Shown here in pieces: positions 20,912-23,138 of a stretch of DNA of 23,138 nt. The stretch comes from Isochrysis galbana (Eukaryota), in the NCBI GenBank assembly GCA_018136815.1, contig CM030936.1, positions 1,439,431 through 1,462,568 of the forward strand, read 5' to 3'. Below the pieces are notes generated by a model. That model searched no databases, had not been told where the DNA came from, and worked only from the letters and a program-made list of their open reading frames with translations. The position numbers and the translations under genes were made by a program. Position 1 is the first letter of the stretch, and the number at the start of each line of letters is the position of its first letter.

Positions 20912-21657
20912 TGTGGAAATCAACGCCGCAGCTTGGATTGTAACGAGGTGAACGAGATGTAACGAGATGGCCTGATGGCCCGACGACGAGATGAACGAGA
21001 TGGCCTTGATGGCCCGACGAGATGAACGAGATGGCCTTGATGGCCCGACGAGATGAACGAGATTTTCGGGTAACGGAACTGGACGAGGAGTTTCCCCACT
21101 AAGCTTGGTCGTAATGCGGTGAAACCGATTTTCGGAGACAAGCGGGAAACCGGGGCGGAAGGAACTGGCAAGGAAGCTGGCAGGAAGGCAGAGGAAATGT
21201 CTTGGCAAGGCGACGGAGGCAGGATTTTAACGGTAGACGGAGTGCAGGATTTTAACGGTAGGAAGACAGGATTTTAACAGTAGGAAGAGGCAGGATTTTT
21301 ACCGTAGAAGAAGAGCGTGGAATTTTTAATGGTGGAAGAAGAGTGTGGAATTTAACTGTAGAAGAAGATCGGAGAGGAGAAGGAGCGGGGCTCGAACTGC
21401 AGAGCGCTCCGTCCGGACTCGAACTCGCGACCCAGAGCAAAAGGTTGGTGGAGGCGGTGGGTTGAACCACTATGCCACGTGAGAGTTTACGTAGCCATAG
21501 GGCCGAGGGGAAGGGCTGAGAACCGCCCTATATACTCTGGGTTTTTTTCTCTTCTTTTTCACTTTTCTTCTTCTTTCTTCCTCTGTTTCTTTTTACTGTT
21601 TACTGTTTTTCTTTTACTGTTATTTCTTTTTGCCTCTGAGACATCGCGAATGCGACA
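20912..21657 (-). repeat. LTR copy 2 (746 bp)
   Basis: Same sequence as 20101-20846. Confidence 0.9.
21415..21484 (-). other. tRNA-like module (A box + B box) inside LTR copy 2
   Basis: Same as 20604-20673, shifted by 811 bp. Confidence 0.7.
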
Positions 21658-22093
21658 AGATGGTGGGAATGAGTGTATGATTTGCCGCACGGAGCGTTCG
21701 TTTTGACAGTGAATAGAGTGCGTATGCTTGTCGCATTGGCACTAGGCATATCCGCATACTAATGACCTTACAAGCGCTCTTATGTTAAGCCCCAATGTAC
21801 CCTCCCCAACACCATACCTTTGATGGAGCCCCTAGTTGAAGTTTGTGGCCCTTCCATTCAACCCAAAGCGAAAGCGTGCGAGGCATCTCAGCTTTGTCGT
21901 ATTCCCTACGAGGACAGACTTTTACTTCTAGCCTGTGAGCTATTATAAGTCTCAAGGTCAAGGTCTCGTTGATGGGTATATCGCCTCTTCTCCTACTTTC
22001 TCTTGATGTCATCAAACGTTCCACGATTGTCGTCTGTCTTCTGTTATACCTCGGTCGCAGCTCCCCCAGCGAGGTCTGCCCTCGTTGTGCCGC

Positions 22094-22392
22094 CCCTCTC
22101 CGTCGCATGTCCGTGCGCTGCTAAGTTGCCTTGGTGCCGACGCTTGGCCGTCCATCCAAGTGTGGTTAGTTTTCGCCCCGTTTGGTTTAGTTTGTGTGTC
22201 TCTGTCGATCGGCAGCTTTTTTGAGTCCCCGCGTTGTAGCCTCTCGTGTCTACCTTGGACCTAAGAAGCTCTCACTCTCATTCTCTCTCTCTCCCACTAG
22301 CTCGCTAGCTAGCCTCGTCTCTACTCTCCGACGCCACGCGTTGCCATCCTCTGAACCTCAGTCTACCTCTCCGCTCGAAGCGCTCGATGGCA
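22094..22392 (+). mobile_element. Fragment homologous to the copia-associated sequence at 4604-4910, opposite orientation
   Basis: Shared strings include ctaagttgcc.tggtgccgacg, gtgtggttagttttcgccccgtttggtttagtttgtgtg, cccactagctcgctagctagcctcgtctctactctccgacgccacgcg and gatggcagacact. Confidence 0.8.
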
Positions 22393-22537
22393 GACACTGA
22401 CAGCTACTCCTACCATGGCGACGGGGCGCACAACCCGATCACCTGCCCCCCTTACATCCGCTTCCTCTGCGAGGCCGGATGCGGCGAGTGTGGATCCGAT
22501 GAGGCCGTCCTTTCGGCCATTCGCTCCACCGTGGCGA

Positions 22538-22810
22538 TCAAGTCGCCCAGTCGTCCCCCTCAATAGGGACAAGACGGGGGCAACCCATCCACCCTTCTAC
22601 GGACCAAGCGTGCTCGCACCCAGATGCGGAGCAAGTGAGTGCAAGCAAGCGCATCGCGGCATACCTGAGGCCGGGCCACGAGGCCATGTAAATCTTCGCC
22701 CACTTGTAGGAAGCCATCTTCTGCGCATCCGGCGAGAAAGCCACCTCATCATTTAGGTCGTGGGTGCCTGCACAGAGAGCCTCCTGGTAATCGGGGAGCT
22801 CAGCTAACAT
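22538..22810 (-). mobile_element. hAT transposase C-terminal fragment (same family as 10190-11700)
   Basis: GTHDLNDEVAFSPDAQKMASYKWAKIYMASWPGLRYAAMRLLALTCSASGCEHAWSVEGW, closely matching AHDLTDNIAFSANARSLASYKWA...AMRLLAMTCSASGCEDSWSVEGW at 11365-11560. Truncated before HSKKRNRL. Confidence 0.8.
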
Positions 22811-22862
22811 CGAGATCGAGGCGGCCCGAGCCTCCGTAGTACCTATGGCATTTCCGTAGTAT

Positions 22863-22882
22863 TATGCATAGTACTATGCATA
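22863..22882. repeat. 20-bp perfect palindrome
   Basis: tatgcatagtactatgcata equals its own reverse complement. Confidence 0.85.
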
Positions 22883-23138
22883 GGTCAAGGCTGAAAACCC
22901 CGTAGGTATTAGGTACCTACGAGACAACTTAGAATAATATTAAGTCGACGGTAGACGGTAGGCTACAGGCTACGGTAGGAGACCACGTTGCCTGCATGGT
23001 GGGCACGGGCCGGCTTCCGCCTCCGCGAGTCCTGGGACCGCACGGGCGGCGACTGGGTCGGGGTGCGCGACCCGCAGTGACGGAATACGTGCGCATCCTC
23101 AGTCTGTGTTTTTCGCTCGTGATTGGTAAGGAGAATCA

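Larger units (their letters stand above)
20096..21662 (-). mobile_element. TRIM-like miniature LTR retroelement with 5-bp target-site duplication (AGATG)
   Basis: AGATG (20096-20100), 746-bp direct repeat 20101-20846, 65-bp internal region 20847-20911, identical-looking 746-bp repeat 20912-21657, AGATG (21658-21662). The repeats begin TG and end CA. A G-rich PPT-like cgggggg lies next to the LTR on the minus strand. Confidence 0.75.

Overview
This 23.1 kb window reads as eukaryotic nuclear DNA, probably from a unicellular alga or other protist (the lineage is inference). It holds a few spliceosomal genes in a dense bed of transposable-element remains and low-complexity tracts. Best-supported host features: (1) a complete four-exon gene on the minus strand (13811-14903; 274 codons after splicing) encoding an atypical-SDR/NAD(P)-binding Rossmann protein; (2) a two-exon minus-strand gene (7212-9481) carrying a polyketide-synthase/FabD-type acyltransferase domain with a GHSLGE active-site motif; (3) a conserved-looking 256-aa ORF on the minus strand (1044-1814); (4) a fully foldable tRNA-Ala(CGC) on the minus strand (19457-19529) with the G3:U70 identity pair. 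Mobile elements: two EEP-endonuclease pieces of the same LINE-like family (about 5550-6300 and 17480-18160), a Ty1/copia RNase H terminus with PPT and LTR start (minus, about 5546 downwards) and a homologous fragment in the opposite orientation at 22094-22392, and three hAT transposase remnants. The most interesting object is at 20101-21657. Two apparently identical 746-bp direct repeats (TG...CA) are separated by only 65 bp and flanked by a 5-bp AGATG target duplication. Each carries a tRNA-like pol III A-box/B-box module and a TATA-like motif. This looks like a TRIM-type LTR element that has captured tRNA-like sequence, comparable in concept to plant Cassandra elements that carry 5S rRNA.
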